From: Promethearchaeota archaeon
GTDB lineage: Archaea > Asgardarchaeota > Heimdallarchaeia > Hodarchaeales > Hodarchaeaceae
DNA length: 64,000 nucleotides
Reading direction: 5' to 3'
Assembly: GCA_048938105.1 (NCBI GenBank)
Contig: JBHLMN010000005.1
Span: forward strand, 55,218-119,217
Shown one piece after another: positions 38,627 through 48,540 of this stretch (positions within the stretch are counted from its first letter, which is position 1; each line of letters starts with the position of its first letter). Position numbers and translations under genes: made by a program. The notes below the pieces were generated by a model, which was given only the letters and a program-made list of their open reading frames with translations, did not search any database and was not told the DNA's origin.

Positions 38627-39469
38627 ATGAGAAAAGAAATGAAACACTCAGAAGACTATTTAGTTGCGACTGATGGAACAAAATTATATTATCAGGTGTG
38701 GAAGCCTGACACTACGCCTAAAGCTATTATCCAACTAGTACATGGTCTGGCAGAGCATACCTCACGCTATATGAATGTTGTTAATGCCCTCATCCCAGCA
38801 GGATTTGGGATCTATGCCAAGGATCATAGAGGCCATGGAAAATCGGAAGGAGTAAGAGGTTATATTAATGCGTTCAATGATTTTATTGAAGATGAAAGCA
38901 TTTTTACGAAGCTTATTCAAGAGCAAGAGAAAGACATTCCAATCTTTCTATTAGGCCATTCACTTGGATCAATGATTTCCATATTTTATGCGTCGGAACA
39001 TTCTGACTATTTTACAGGTATAATTCTATCAGGTACAGGTTTTCCAGCTACTAGTAAAGTGAATCCGCTAGTTAGAATGATGGCACAGATATTATCAAAG
39101 ATTTGGCCAAAAGGAAAACTCAAATTAGAATTATCGGATGAAATCAGTCGTGATCCAAAAGTAGTTGATGCCTATGTGAATGATCCTCTTGTGTTTAAGC
39201 ATATAACGTATCGATTTGGAGCAGAAATGCTAAAAGCAAATAAAAAACTAGTAAAAGCTAGTTCAACTATTACTATCCCTGTTTTAGGTCAATCAGGAAG
39301 CTCTGATATGCTTATGCTGACCCCATATGAATTATTTTCGCTGATTTCATCATCTGATAAAGAACTTAAGATTTACACTGATTTATATCATGAAGTATAC
39401 AATGAACTTGAATTGGATCGTAATCAGGTATTAAATGATTTAAAAGAATGGCTTGAAGCTCATATCTGA
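38627..39469 (+). CDS. Alpha/beta hydrolase, lysophospholipase/monoacylglycerol lipase family
   Basis: HGLAEH, DHRGHG, GHSLG and YHEVYNE. Confidence 0.9.
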   Translation: MRKEMKHSEDYLVATDGTKLYYQVWKPDTTPKAIIQLVHGLAEHTSRYMNVVNALIPAGFGIYAKDHRGHGKSEGVRGYINAFNDFIEDESIFTKLIQEQEKDIPIFLLGHSLGSMISIFYASEHSDYFTGIILSGTGFPATSKVNPLVRMMAQILSKIWPKGKLKLELSDEISRDPKVVDAYVNDPLVFKHITYRFGAEMLKANKKLVKASSTITIPVLGQSGSSDMLMLTPYELFSLISSSDKELKIYTDLYHEVYNELELDRNQVLNDLKEWLEAHI

Positions 39470-39492
39470 TTTCTCTTCACATTTCTTTACTA

Positions 39493-39849
39493 TTAATTTG
39501 TAGTAAGATTCGATGTTCCCATCGCAACAAGCTCTTCAACAGAGTTAATGTTTTCGATAGAGCGCTTTAAAAGAATGACTTCTTCTGAAGTAACCACTTC
39601 CTTTTTTACAAGTAAATCAAGAATGAAAATCAGACGTTTTTTAGCATGAGGAAAGTCTATCTTTGTTTCTGGAATAGAAGTGAGAGCAAATGCCAACTTC
39701 TCTTTCAGATTTGCATTTGGTACTCTTAAAGCATTAGACACTGTTTGGACAAAAATCTCGTCCTCAGTTAATTTGTTAGCAATTTTATTTCTCTTTTTAG
39801 CAACCTCTGAAGCGTGAGTCACTTTAGATTTTACCTGTTGTTTTTTCAC
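39493..39849 (-). CDS. Hypothetical protein
   Basis: 118-aa ORF filling an intergenic gap. Confidence 0.55.
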   Translation of the reverse strand: MKKQQVKSKVTHASEVAKKRNKIANKLTEDEIFVQTVSNALRVPNANLKEKLAFALTSIPETKIDFPHAKKRLIFILDLLVKKEVVTSEEVILLKRSIENINSVEELVAMGTSNLTTN

Positions 39850-39932
39850 TCATAATACTTCCAAAGTTTATTTCATTTAGAATACCACATTTATAGCTTA
39901 AGAACATACTTTTTCTCTTTCTATAAAAGATT

Positions 39933-41681
39933 CTAAGACATGTAGGTAATATTTTTCCTTTTTTTCTTTGTTATCAACAAAACAAAGATAATAAACAGCC
40001 AAATTTGAGGAAAAGGAGTTGATTTAGCCGAAGTTTCATAGGATATCTCTGGTATAGTTGTTGGAATGTTTTCTACCCCTTCTTGATGCGGAAGATAATT
40101 GATTTTGGAAATAGTTAATGTTAAGTTGTTTAGCTCATTTGAAGATACTGGGAGAGTGATTACACCTTCATTATTTGTCTTTCCCCGCCAATAATATGTA
40201 GAGTTTGATAATGTCGTAGCAACTTGATTGATTGGTTCATCATTACTAAATACCTCTAATATTGTTTCATTTTCCACATTTAAAACAGTGTGTTCAAGAC
40301 TTGAAGGGATCATTGTCCAAACAGGAACCTCTGGATCCCCCATTAAGTTATATTGAATAAGAGTCTTTTCTGTACCTTCTTTCTTCCCATCCAATCTTTT
40401 GTAATCGTTGACATAATCAAGCTTAGCCTCAATGAATGCTTTTCCTGGTTGATTATTCCCTTTTTTGAAGAATTGTTCCCAGAATCGTGATGATAAACCT
40501 TGTGTATACCAACCTCCATGTGTTCCATTATACCAATCTGAATCATAGTATGCCGAACCCGAACTAGCAATACATCCAATACTTGATGTTCGAAGAAGAA
40601 ATTCAGAAAGACAATCTCTTGAATATTTAAAAGTGCCTGTTGCACATGCACACAGAAAATAAAAGCCATATTTTCCTTCAGAATTAATAGCTGATGATGT
40701 ACTAATTATACGTTCTGAGGAACTCTTATCAGATCCATAGTCAAATAATGAATCGTTATCAGAGTCAGTTTTGAAAATCATTCGGAACATTTCTGTGGGT
40801 GATCCATGGGCATCAAACATTGCAGCACCAACTCCGTTGTTGATCTCCTCAATCACATTAGATTCATTAAGAGATTTATCAACATAGTAATCAGTTGTTT
40901 TTAGCCCTTTTGTTTCACCAAGAAGGGTACTAGTCCAATCTGAAGGGAATACACTTGTTTTTAACCAATTATGATTTCTATTTGCATCAAATTCAGGTGC
41001 ATCTCCTTCGTCAAATACGTTATTATCATTGGTATCAGAATTAAACCTTGCAAATGCACCGGCAAAGAGAGCATGTTTCATCCAAGGCCCAACTGGAGGA
41101 TTTTTTTCATAATTAATCAACCGGTTGACTAACTCTCTCATTTGGGCATTATTATCAGCTGGTAGTCGTCCAACATATACTTCGGCCTCCCAATCAAAAT
41201 AATCAAGAATTGAGGCTGATCCATCTGAGTTTAATTCCCAATTGTCATCTAAATTTGCATAATAGTGATCACAACTAACATACTCACCACCTACATTAAC
41301 AAATCTAGTGGGAACTAACGAAGAGCTCCCAGCAAGAACGACCCATTTTATATTCATTTCTTCATAGAACTGACGGATACAATTTCTGATACTTTCAACT
41401 AGATCGTCACCATTATAGGCCGAAGAAATATTTTCAACCGTTTTAATTGCGGGAATCAATCCCCGTTGTAATTTCCAAATCGCCAAAGGTTGAACATCAT
41501 CAATAAAAAGCTCAGAAGTGATAATTAAGTAATCAACATTATTCTGATCTGATAATAGGGTGCATTCCACTCCTCGAACTATTGTTATAGTTGAAATGAG
41601 GGGAGGAATGAGACTTGCAAATGGTATTATTAACCAAAACATTATGAATATTCTTGTATAGATTAGTTTCATAATGATCAA
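39933..41681 (-). CDS. Peptidase C25 (gingipain-like) surface protein
   Basis: DYLIIT, VGRLP, catalytic HG (DAHGS) and Cys (CACATG), YNLMGDP and a TM plus basic tail. Confidence 0.88.
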   Translation of the reverse strand: MIIMKLIYTRIFIMFWLIIPFASLIPPLISTITIVRGVECTLLSDQNNVDYLIITSELFIDDVQPLAIWKLQRGLIPAIKTVENISSAYNGDDLVESIRNCIRQFYEEMNIKWVVLAGSSSLVPTRFVNVGGEYVSCDHYYANLDDNWELNSDGSASILDYFDWEAEVYVGRLPADNNAQMRELVNRLINYEKNPPVGPWMKHALFAGAFARFNSDTNDNNVFDEGDAPEFDANRNHNWLKTSVFPSDWTSTLLGETKGLKTTDYYVDKSLNESNVIEEINNGVGAAMFDAHGSPTEMFRMIFKTDSDNDSLFDYGSDKSSSERIISTSSAINSEGKYGFYFLCACATGTFKYSRDCLSEFLLRTSSIGCIASSGSAYYDSDWYNGTHGGWYTQGLSSRFWEQFFKKGNNQPGKAFIEAKLDYVNDYKRLDGKKEGTEKTLIQYNLMGDPEVPVWTMIPSSLEHTVLNVENETILEVFSNDEPINQVATTLSNSTYYWRGKTNNEGVITLPVSSNELNNLTLTISKINYLPHQEGVENIPTTIPEISYETSAKSTPFPQIWLFIIFVLLITKKKRKNITYMS

Positions 41682-41953
41682 CTATAGAAGCTTTAATTTA
41701 GATGTGAAAAATCGAAATCTTAAAGATATAGATCCTTCAACCAATTCTATTTGATGATCTTTGTGATCTAAATAAAAGACTTCTTTTTAGTGCAACGGAT
41801 GTTTAACCAGAAAAGCGGAATTTGAAAAAAATAAAATAATAGACGAGATTGCAGTTGTTACATGTAATACTGTTTTGCACTTTTCAATACGAGCAAATGA
41901 GAAAAATCTAGCTTATCATCATGACAAATAAATAGGGGTATCAATTTATTCCC

Positions 41954-42433
41954 TTAAGATCCCCCACCCCATTCCGTATCTTTCCAAGCCCAATCCCAGT
42001 AATCTTCGTCTGTAAATGTAAGTTTTTCAACTAAATTTTTATGGAGTTGCTTCAGGAATTTATGATGTCTGATTTCATCACTCAATATGTAACGTATCAC
42101 TAGCTTCTCTTTCTCATCTTCGAACTTATCCATTAATTCCCGATAGGAATCAATAGCTTTTTTCTCAAGCCTAATATGCTCCTCTAGATTCTGTTTTAGT
42201 TGATCAGTTAGTTTTTCATCCACTAATGCAAATTTATTATGAAGGGCAATAAGAGTGTTCAGAAGAGATTCGTGTTTGCGTGAATCCATTGCAATACCTA
42301 AAATCATTTCACGCACAATTATATTATCAAGATTCTTAGCTGCTGTTTCAGCTGTATTCACTATCTGTTTTTCCAATTCAATTTGCGATTTATATAACTT
42401 AATTCGTTCTTCGACATTCATTTTCCTTTTCAC
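41954..42433 (-). CDS. Ferritin-like (rubrerythrin-type) di-iron protein
   Basis: DSRKH, EEHIRLE and DEIRHH motifs. Confidence 0.8.
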   Translation of the reverse strand: MKRKMNVEERIKLYKSQIELEKQIVNTAETAAKNLDNIIVREMILGIAMDSRKHESLLNTLIALHNKFALVDEKLTDQLKQNLEEHIRLEKKAIDSYRELMDKFEDEKEKLVIRYILSDEIRHHKFLKQLHKNLVEKLTFTDEDYWDWAWKDTEWGGGS

Positions 42434-42567
42434 TAACTCCTATCGATACTTAAAACAAGCTTAGGTAAATTGAAAGATCTATAAAATATTTCTCTTGTTT
42501 CGTGTAATAAATTACACTAAAAATATCTATCTACTTATTATGGAAAATTGACAAGGAATAGAAACTA

Positions 42568-43782
42568 ATGATGATCAAAAGGGTTGCAATAACGGGACAT
42601 GCTGGAATAGGTCATGTTCATGGTTATGGAGGACTTATTCAAGATGATTCAGCAGGATTCGTTACAGTTGCATCAATGATTAAAGAAATATTGCATGTGA
42701 ATACCTTTATTGAAGATGTAGATATTGATCTGCGTTCTAATACTATAAAGATTACTACTTTGGATGGTGGTAGTTCTACTTCCATTCCAAGGCGTGGGAT
42801 AACACCTGGAGAAGCAACACTCATGCGAAATTTAGTTGGACAAGATGCTTTGTTCTGTCAATCCTTAACGCTAAATACACTAGGACGAATGTATGGACAA
42901 GGCGTTCTTGAGACTCCTGTATGCCTTCAAGGAGCGTTAGCCAATTCAGTTGTCAGTACATTTAAGAAAAAAGGACAAAATAATTTTAAAACAACTGTTG
43001 AGAATGTTGATGCTAATTGTGGGTTAATTGGAGGTATGAGAGCTAATATTAATGGAGTAGATACATCACTTCTAGTTACCGTGAATCAAACAATAAATGG
43101 CCTTGGACCAGTTGAAGATTTAGAGGGAAATATCGCGTTGGGGTCTAAATATGAACTTATGAAAGAACTTGACATGTTACGATGTCCTACTATTGTGGTT
43201 GAAAGCAAAGCTTACTCACCCCTCTTATCTGATCATCTTAAAGAGAATACTTTTCTAATAAGAGCTCAGAAAGGGATAGATAATCCCGTGGTAGCCAATG
43301 CTTTAGTTGACTCTGTAGAGGAATTAGGGTTTCCTGTCATCTTTCGAGATGATCTTCTACCCCAAAAAATAGGATTTATGAAGCAGAATACCAAAAAAAT
43401 TGCTGATAAAATAATAAACTATGCAAACGATCTTAAAAATACGAGTTTGGCCTCAGAAAAGGTAATGTTGGTTGCTAAAATGGCTAAACTGATTAGTCAA
43501 GATGCTGGAAGTATTACGTGCATATCAGAAGAATTATATGATGTTGTTCGAGGTGCTGGTATGATACCTGGAATGGCTGCAGTCATATCCATATTAGTTA
43601 CCAAGGAATATTATAAACATTGGAAAATCCCCGTGTTTGAGGAAAAAGATGTAGAGATATCTAAATCCATTCTTAATCATGCTGTAAAGAAGATTTCATC
43701 GAAGATAAATGAAGCTTATGATTATATTGAACAACATTATACTGATATTTGTTCATTAGAACAGATTATCATTCCGAAATAA
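42568..43782 (+). CDS. Conserved hypothetical protein, possible metalloenzyme
   Basis: GHAGIGHVH, QDDSAGF, PRRG, GQG and EDLEGN look like conserved motifs; function not recognised. Confidence 0.65.
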   Translation: MMIKRVAITGHAGIGHVHGYGGLIQDDSAGFVTVASMIKEILHVNTFIEDVDIDLRSNTIKITTLDGGSSTSIPRRGITPGEATLMRNLVGQDALFCQSLTLNTLGRMYGQGVLETPVCLQGALANSVVSTFKKKGQNNFKTTVENVDANCGLIGGMRANINGVDTSLLVTVNQTINGLGPVEDLEGNIALGSKYELMKELDMLRCPTIVVESKAYSPLLSDHLKENTFLIRAQKGIDNPVVANALVDSVEELGFPVIFRDDLLPQKIGFMKQNTKKIADKIINYANDLKNTSLASEKVMLVAKMAKLISQDAGSITCISEELYDVVRGAGMIPGMAAVISILVTKEYYKHWKIPVFEEKDVEISKSILNHAVKKISSKINEAYDYIEQHYTDICSLEQIIIPK

Positions 43783-43999
43783 CTTATGAATCGTTTAGCT
43801 GAGATTGATATTCATACATTCAATGGTATTATCTTTTGTTTGAGAATTGCTGCTAATGATTTAAGCGATGATGACAATTTCTCTGGGAAAATTATATGAT
43901 TCTTCTTACGATTATTTCATTTGGATTTTTTACAGGTTAAATGGTGATTATTAACCAGATGGATTTGTTAAAATTCGGTACTTCTCAGGTGTAATAGTA

Positions 44000-44548
44000 A
44001 TGAAAGCTTTAATTGCATATGGGACAAGATATGGAGCGACTCAAGGAATCGCGGAACAAATGGTTAAATGGTTACAAGAAAACGCGATTAAGTCTGATAT
44101 TATCAATTTAAAGAAAGATTCCTGGCCGGAATTATCTCAGTACAATGGAATAATTTTAGGATCAGGGATTAAAATCGGTCAATGGACAAAAGAAATGAAA
44201 AAATTCATGAAAGATAACAAAGAAGAGATTAACGCGTTAAAGGGGCCAAAAGTATTCTTTGTGTGTTCTGGTTATGCGGCTATTCCCGAAAGATATCAAG
44301 AGATAAAACAAGAGTATTGTAAAAACGTTTTGGTAGATATGGGGGTTAATGTGGACGATTATGAGGCATTTGGTGGAGTGATGAATGTATCACCAGATTC
44401 ACCTGTAGGGTGGTTAGACAAGAAAATTTTGAGAATTGCAGGAAAAACAACGCCTGATTTTGATCCTAATGGTATTAATGATTCAAGAGATTGGATTCAG
44501 ATTGAAGAATTTACTCAAAAATTCATTAGAATGATAAAAAAAGCTTAA
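44000..44548 (+). CDS. Flavodoxin-domain (HemG-like) protein
   Basis: YGTRYGAT, GSGIKIGQW and DSRDWIQIEEF. Confidence 0.88.
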   Translation: MKALIAYGTRYGATQGIAEQMVKWLQENAIKSDIINLKKDSWPELSQYNGIILGSGIKIGQWTKEMKKFMKDNKEEINALKGPKVFFVCSGYAAIPERYQEIKQEYCKNVLVDMGVNVDDYEAFGGVMNVSPDSPVGWLDKKILRIAGKTTPDFDPNGINDSRDWIQIEEFTQKFIRMIKKA

Positions 44549-44579
44549 TACACATATTAAAAAAGGAGATTCATGAAAA

Positions 44580-45101
44580 ATGTCAATAAAAGAATCTAAA
44601 ATTATAGCAAACGCTTTCAAAGAACAATATGGAGCTGCCATTGAAATGTTAGAACAGGTGATTAAAAATTGCACCGATAAAATCTGGGATGATCGAACCA
44701 GTGGTCCTCCTTTTTGGCAGGTCGCATTTCATACTATGTGGTATTTGGATTGGTATTTAGGAAAATCTGAAGATGACCGTAAAAAATTCAAACCAGGGTT
44801 CAAGGCTGATTTGAAAAATCTGAATGAAGCACCAAAGGAAACACTAAATCGTGAACAATTACTAACATATCTATTTGAGATAAGAAAAAAAAGCAAACAA
44901 AGATTAGATCAATTGACTCTGGAAGAGTTAACACAACATTCCGTGTTTGAATGGCATGGGAGTAGTATTCACAGTTCATTGATTTATAATATTCGTCATG
45001 TTATGCTTCACATAGGAGCACTTAATTCGAGACTCCTTAGAAAAGGTATTATGTTGGAAAATTGGGTAAGTCATGCTCCTATTTTGCCAGATGAGAGATG
45101 A
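44580..45101 (+). CDS. DinB family protein
   Basis: FWQVAFH and YNIRHVMLHIGAL. Confidence 0.85.
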   Translation: MSIKESKIIANAFKEQYGAAIEMLEQVIKNCTDKIWDDRTSGPPFWQVAFHTMWYLDWYLGKSEDDRKKFKPGFKADLKNLNEAPKETLNREQLLTYLFEIRKKSKQRLDQLTLEELTQHSVFEWHGSSIHSSLIYNIRHVMLHIGALNSRLLRKGIMLENWVSHAPILPDER

Positions 45102-45214
45102 TTGGTGTATAAGAGAATAATTCAGCTCATTTTGTAAGGAATTCTGAAGATTGGAAAAAAAAAATATCTTAAAAGTAATCAAAGAAAAAAAAGAAAAGAA
45201 CAATCTCCTCATTC

Positions 45215-45427
45215 TTATTTTGAGGAGGCTAGGATAACATCAGACTCTTTAACTGTTTTTCGACCAGAATGACGGGCAATTTCGACTGCATACTTAGAAA
45301 CAGAAGTTGCATATTCGGTTAGAATCTCATTCAGACGGTCGATAGCGTCCGCAGATACCCGGAATGCTCCTGCATTACGGATAATTTTTTCAATACGTGC
45401 TCGTGCGAAACCAGACATTTTTTTCAC
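45215..45427 (-). CDS. Archaeal histone (HMf-type)
   Basis: RIEKIIRNAGAFRVSADA...ARHSGRKTVKESDV. Alternative start ATG 45418. Confidence 0.95.
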   Translation of the reverse strand: MKKMSGFARARIEKIIRNAGAFRVSADAIDRLNEILTEYATSVSKYAVEIARHSGRKTVKESDVILASSK

Positions 45428-45762
45428 CTTTTCTCCTTTTTTACTAGTTGTGAGACTTCCTATAGCCTCACAACACCTGTTTCATCTTTTCATACTTTTA
45501 AATTTTACTCTCTGCTACAGAACACGAAGTACACATAACATATGGAAATATTACCATGAATTGCTATACTAGGAGCGGAGATCAAACATATAACATAATA
45601 AAATAAGATTACTCAAATTTTAACTAAGATAAATAAATTAGATACCCTTATTTTGATAGAAGAAGATATTAGAATCATTTTTAGAATATGCACATTAGTT
45701 TCAAGACAGTTAATATTCATTATAGAAATGTTAACGAATCTACTCATCTTGGTAGGAATTTC

Positions 45763-46293
45763 TTAATCATTTTGTTGAATGTATAGGTTAATAGCTTCAG
45801 TAATAATTCTCTGCGCTTCTTCTTTATCAGCCCATCCTGCAATTTTTGTTGTTTTTCCCCTTTCTAAATGCTTGTAAGTATTGAAAAATTCTTCGATTTC
45901 TCGTCTTAAATGCTTAGGTATTGAGTTCATTGATTTAATCTCTTCCATGCGAGGATCATCAGCCAGAATCGCAATAATCTTATCATCTTCCCCTTTTTCA
46001 TCTTTCATATTCAAAACTGCGATCGGTATGGCGATTAAAATGCAGCCAGGGATTAATTCAATACCTGCACTCAATGGTACTAATACATCTAAAGGGTCAC
46101 CATCTTTACAAAGAGTTTGAGGTATGAAACCATAAGCTGCAGGATAAACCACGCTAGAATGCAAAATTCTATCCACAAAGATGGCCTTATAGTCTTTATT
46201 ATACTCATATTTGACTTTTGAACCAGAAGGTATTTCAATTCGGACATAAATCCTCTCTGGGGGATTTGGACCTGGAGGAATGTTTTCAATCAA
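45763..46293 (-). CDS. ppa: Inorganic pyrophosphatase (family I)
   Basis: KYEY, DRIL, YGFIPQT, DGDPLDV, DEKGEDDK and FFNTYK. Confidence 0.96.
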   Translation of the reverse strand: MIENIPPGPNPPERIYVRIEIPSGSKVKYEYNKDYKAIFVDRILHSSVVYPAAYGFIPQTLCKDGDPLDVLVPLSAGIELIPGCILIAIPIAVLNMKDEKGEDDKIIAILADDPRMEEIKSMNSIPKHLRREIEEFFNTYKHLERGKTTKIAGWADKEEAQRIITEAINLYIQQND

Positions 46294-46551
46294 AGTTTAT
46301 CCTTCCTTTATTGAAATGAAATTATAGATTATTTTTGACTTGAAATAAAATACGATAGATCTTCAGTCAAATATTTGTATATATAAAGCTTGGATTAGTT
46401 GTTAGTTACATGGTATTTAGTTCCAAGGCCAAAATATAACTTATTGTATAGACAACGAAAAGTTTTAATTTTTGTCCAATAGCAGAATCCATGTAAAATT
46501 TGTAGAATTGATCTTATTTTGGCAAGTTTGGGAAAATTAGACTAATATCAA

Positions 46552-47265
46552 TTATATTGTAGATATTATTGTAAAAGTAAAGGTACCAAATGCCACATCA
46601 CTGTAAGGTAGGTTACTCACATCAATGAGTGAAATTGGTTCAGGAGGGGTAGTTGCATCATTCTCTGCTACATAAGTTATCCCACTATCAGTACCTGCAT
46701 CATAAGGATATAAAGGTACAGTTTTTTCGTCAATCCAAGTATCATCGTTGTAAAGGTTAAGTCCACTTACACCTATAAACCAGTCAGGGCTTGGAGCGAT
46801 CATTGATACTAATGTTACTATTGAATAGTTCTTATTCAGTTTAAATGTTAAACTAACGTTTCCAGGGGATTTGCTGATCCCCTCACCAGACAATAATGTG
46901 TAAGCGTGTCCATTCTTGATAGCAGTGTTAATTTCATCATCAAGAGGATCTTTTTTTCCTAGCTCAGCCATATTCTTGATACCTGGTGTTGCCAATTCAC
47001 CCACTTCCCAGAATAAAATACTTTCTTTGTGTGTTACTCCGATTAATCCTGAAAAATGTGGATTATTGGGAAAATTATAAGGATGACTTTTCACACTCCA
47101 AGTACTCAGAAAAGTGACTTTATACTCTACATCCTCTAGATCAGAGATATTTTTATTCTGTTCTTTTAGAAGTAAACTAATAAAAATTACTGAACCTATC
47201 AAAGAAATTACGACAGTAAAGATTACTGTTATTGAAATGATTAGTTTCTGGTTCATTTTAATCAT
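46552..47265 (-). CDS. Membrane-anchored Spondin_N domain protein
   Basis: HFSGLIG, SMIAPSPDWF and YDAGTDSG, with an N-terminal TM. Confidence 0.88.
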   Translation of the reverse strand: MIKMNQKLIISITVIFTVVISLIGSVIFISLLLKEQNKNISDLEDVEYKVTFLSTWSVKSHPYNFPNNPHFSGLIGVTHKESILFWEVGELATPGIKNMAELGKKDPLDDEINTAIKNGHAYTLLSGEGISKSPGNVSLTFKLNKNYSIVTLVSMIAPSPDWFIGVSGLNLYNDDTWIDEKTVPLYPYDAGTDSGITYVAENDATTPPEPISLIDVSNLPYSDVAFGTFTFTIISTI

Positions 47266-47742
47266 CTAATTTTACGGAGCTACCAAGAATATCAAGTTGT
47301 GAGATTTAGTGATTTCATATTAAGGGATATTTGTGCATGAAATATCCAAATCATTACTATATCGATTATAACACAGATTTTTTTATAAATAAAACGCTAC
47401 GAATTTTTAAATGATTTTAATAGGTTCAAATTCAAATTTGTCTGTATAAAGCTTCAATGAGAAAATAGCAAGTTATATTGCTAAAATTTACATAAGCTTT
47501 CAATATAGAGTTATTTTCTTTTTAAAACTCGGACTTTGTTTAATAGAGAAATCTCATGAATTCTAAGTATTCATTATGCAAGTAATACCCTTTGAGGATG
47601 AGATTAACTTTGAACATTATTTCAAATGCTTATGTCAAGCATAATATATAAAGAAACTATTTACTTGTCTATCCTAATCTATAATTATAGCTTTTTTCAG
47701 TATTTATCCAGATATTTTTCTAAACTTTTTTTTGGATGTAAG

Positions 47743-48492
47743 ATGAAAAAACAACCTTTGTCGGCCCAAGTTACCTTTACTAATTCATATAAAGATGCTA
47801 ACCGCGCAGCTGCATATGCGAAACTGGAGTATCCTGGGACATATTATCTAGCATTTAGGGATTTACCAGAAATCATATTTACCCATGTTAAAGGAAGAAA
47901 TGCGATAGATTTTGGGTGTGGCACGGGACGGTCAACAAGATTTCTCCAAGGAATCGGATTTGATACTATTGGGGTGGATATAGCAGAGGCAATGATAGAA
48001 AAAGCTAAAGAAATAGACCCAGATGGGGATTATCGTCTAATTCAGGATGAAGATCTCAACAAAATGAAAAGAAAAACCTATGATCTTGTCTTATCTGCAT
48101 TTACTTTTGATAACATACCTACAAGGCAAAAAAAGGTTAAGATTCTAGAACAAATTGCAGGTTTATTGAAACAGGAAGGTAAGATAGTGAACTTGGTTTC
48201 GAGACCTGAAATATACGTAAATGAATGGGTATCATTTTCTACTAAAGATTTCCCAGAGAATAAATATGCAAAAAGCGGAGATAAGGTAAAGATAATAATT
48301 ACTGAATTAGAGGATAAAAGGCCAGTAGAGGACATTATTTGGACAGATGATGATTATCGGGAAGTCTATAAACAGGCTGGACTAGAATTAGTTAAATTCT
48401 ATAAACCATTAGCATATGAGAATGAATCATATAACTGGATCAATGAAACAAGGATAGCTCCTTGGATTATTTATATTCTAAAAAGGAAATAA
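47743..48492 (+). CDS. Class I SAM-dependent methyltransferase
   Basis: DFGCGTGRS and GVDIA. Start trimmed to ATG 47743. Confidence 0.88.
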   Translation: MKKQPLSAQVTFTNSYKDANRAAAYAKLEYPGTYYLAFRDLPEIIFTHVKGRNAIDFGCGTGRSTRFLQGIGFDTIGVDIAEAMIEKAKEIDPDGDYRLIQDEDLNKMKRKTYDLVLSAFTFDNIPTRQKKVKILEQIAGLLKQEGKIVNLVSRPEIYVNEWVSFSTKDFPENKYAKSGDKVKIIITELEDKRPVEDIIWTDDDYREVYKQAGLELVKFYKPLAYENESYNWINETRIAPWIIYILKRK

Positions 48493-48540
48493 CTCGAAAA
48501 TAGATCCATTTCAGAAAATAAGGATCAAATTCATTTTAAG

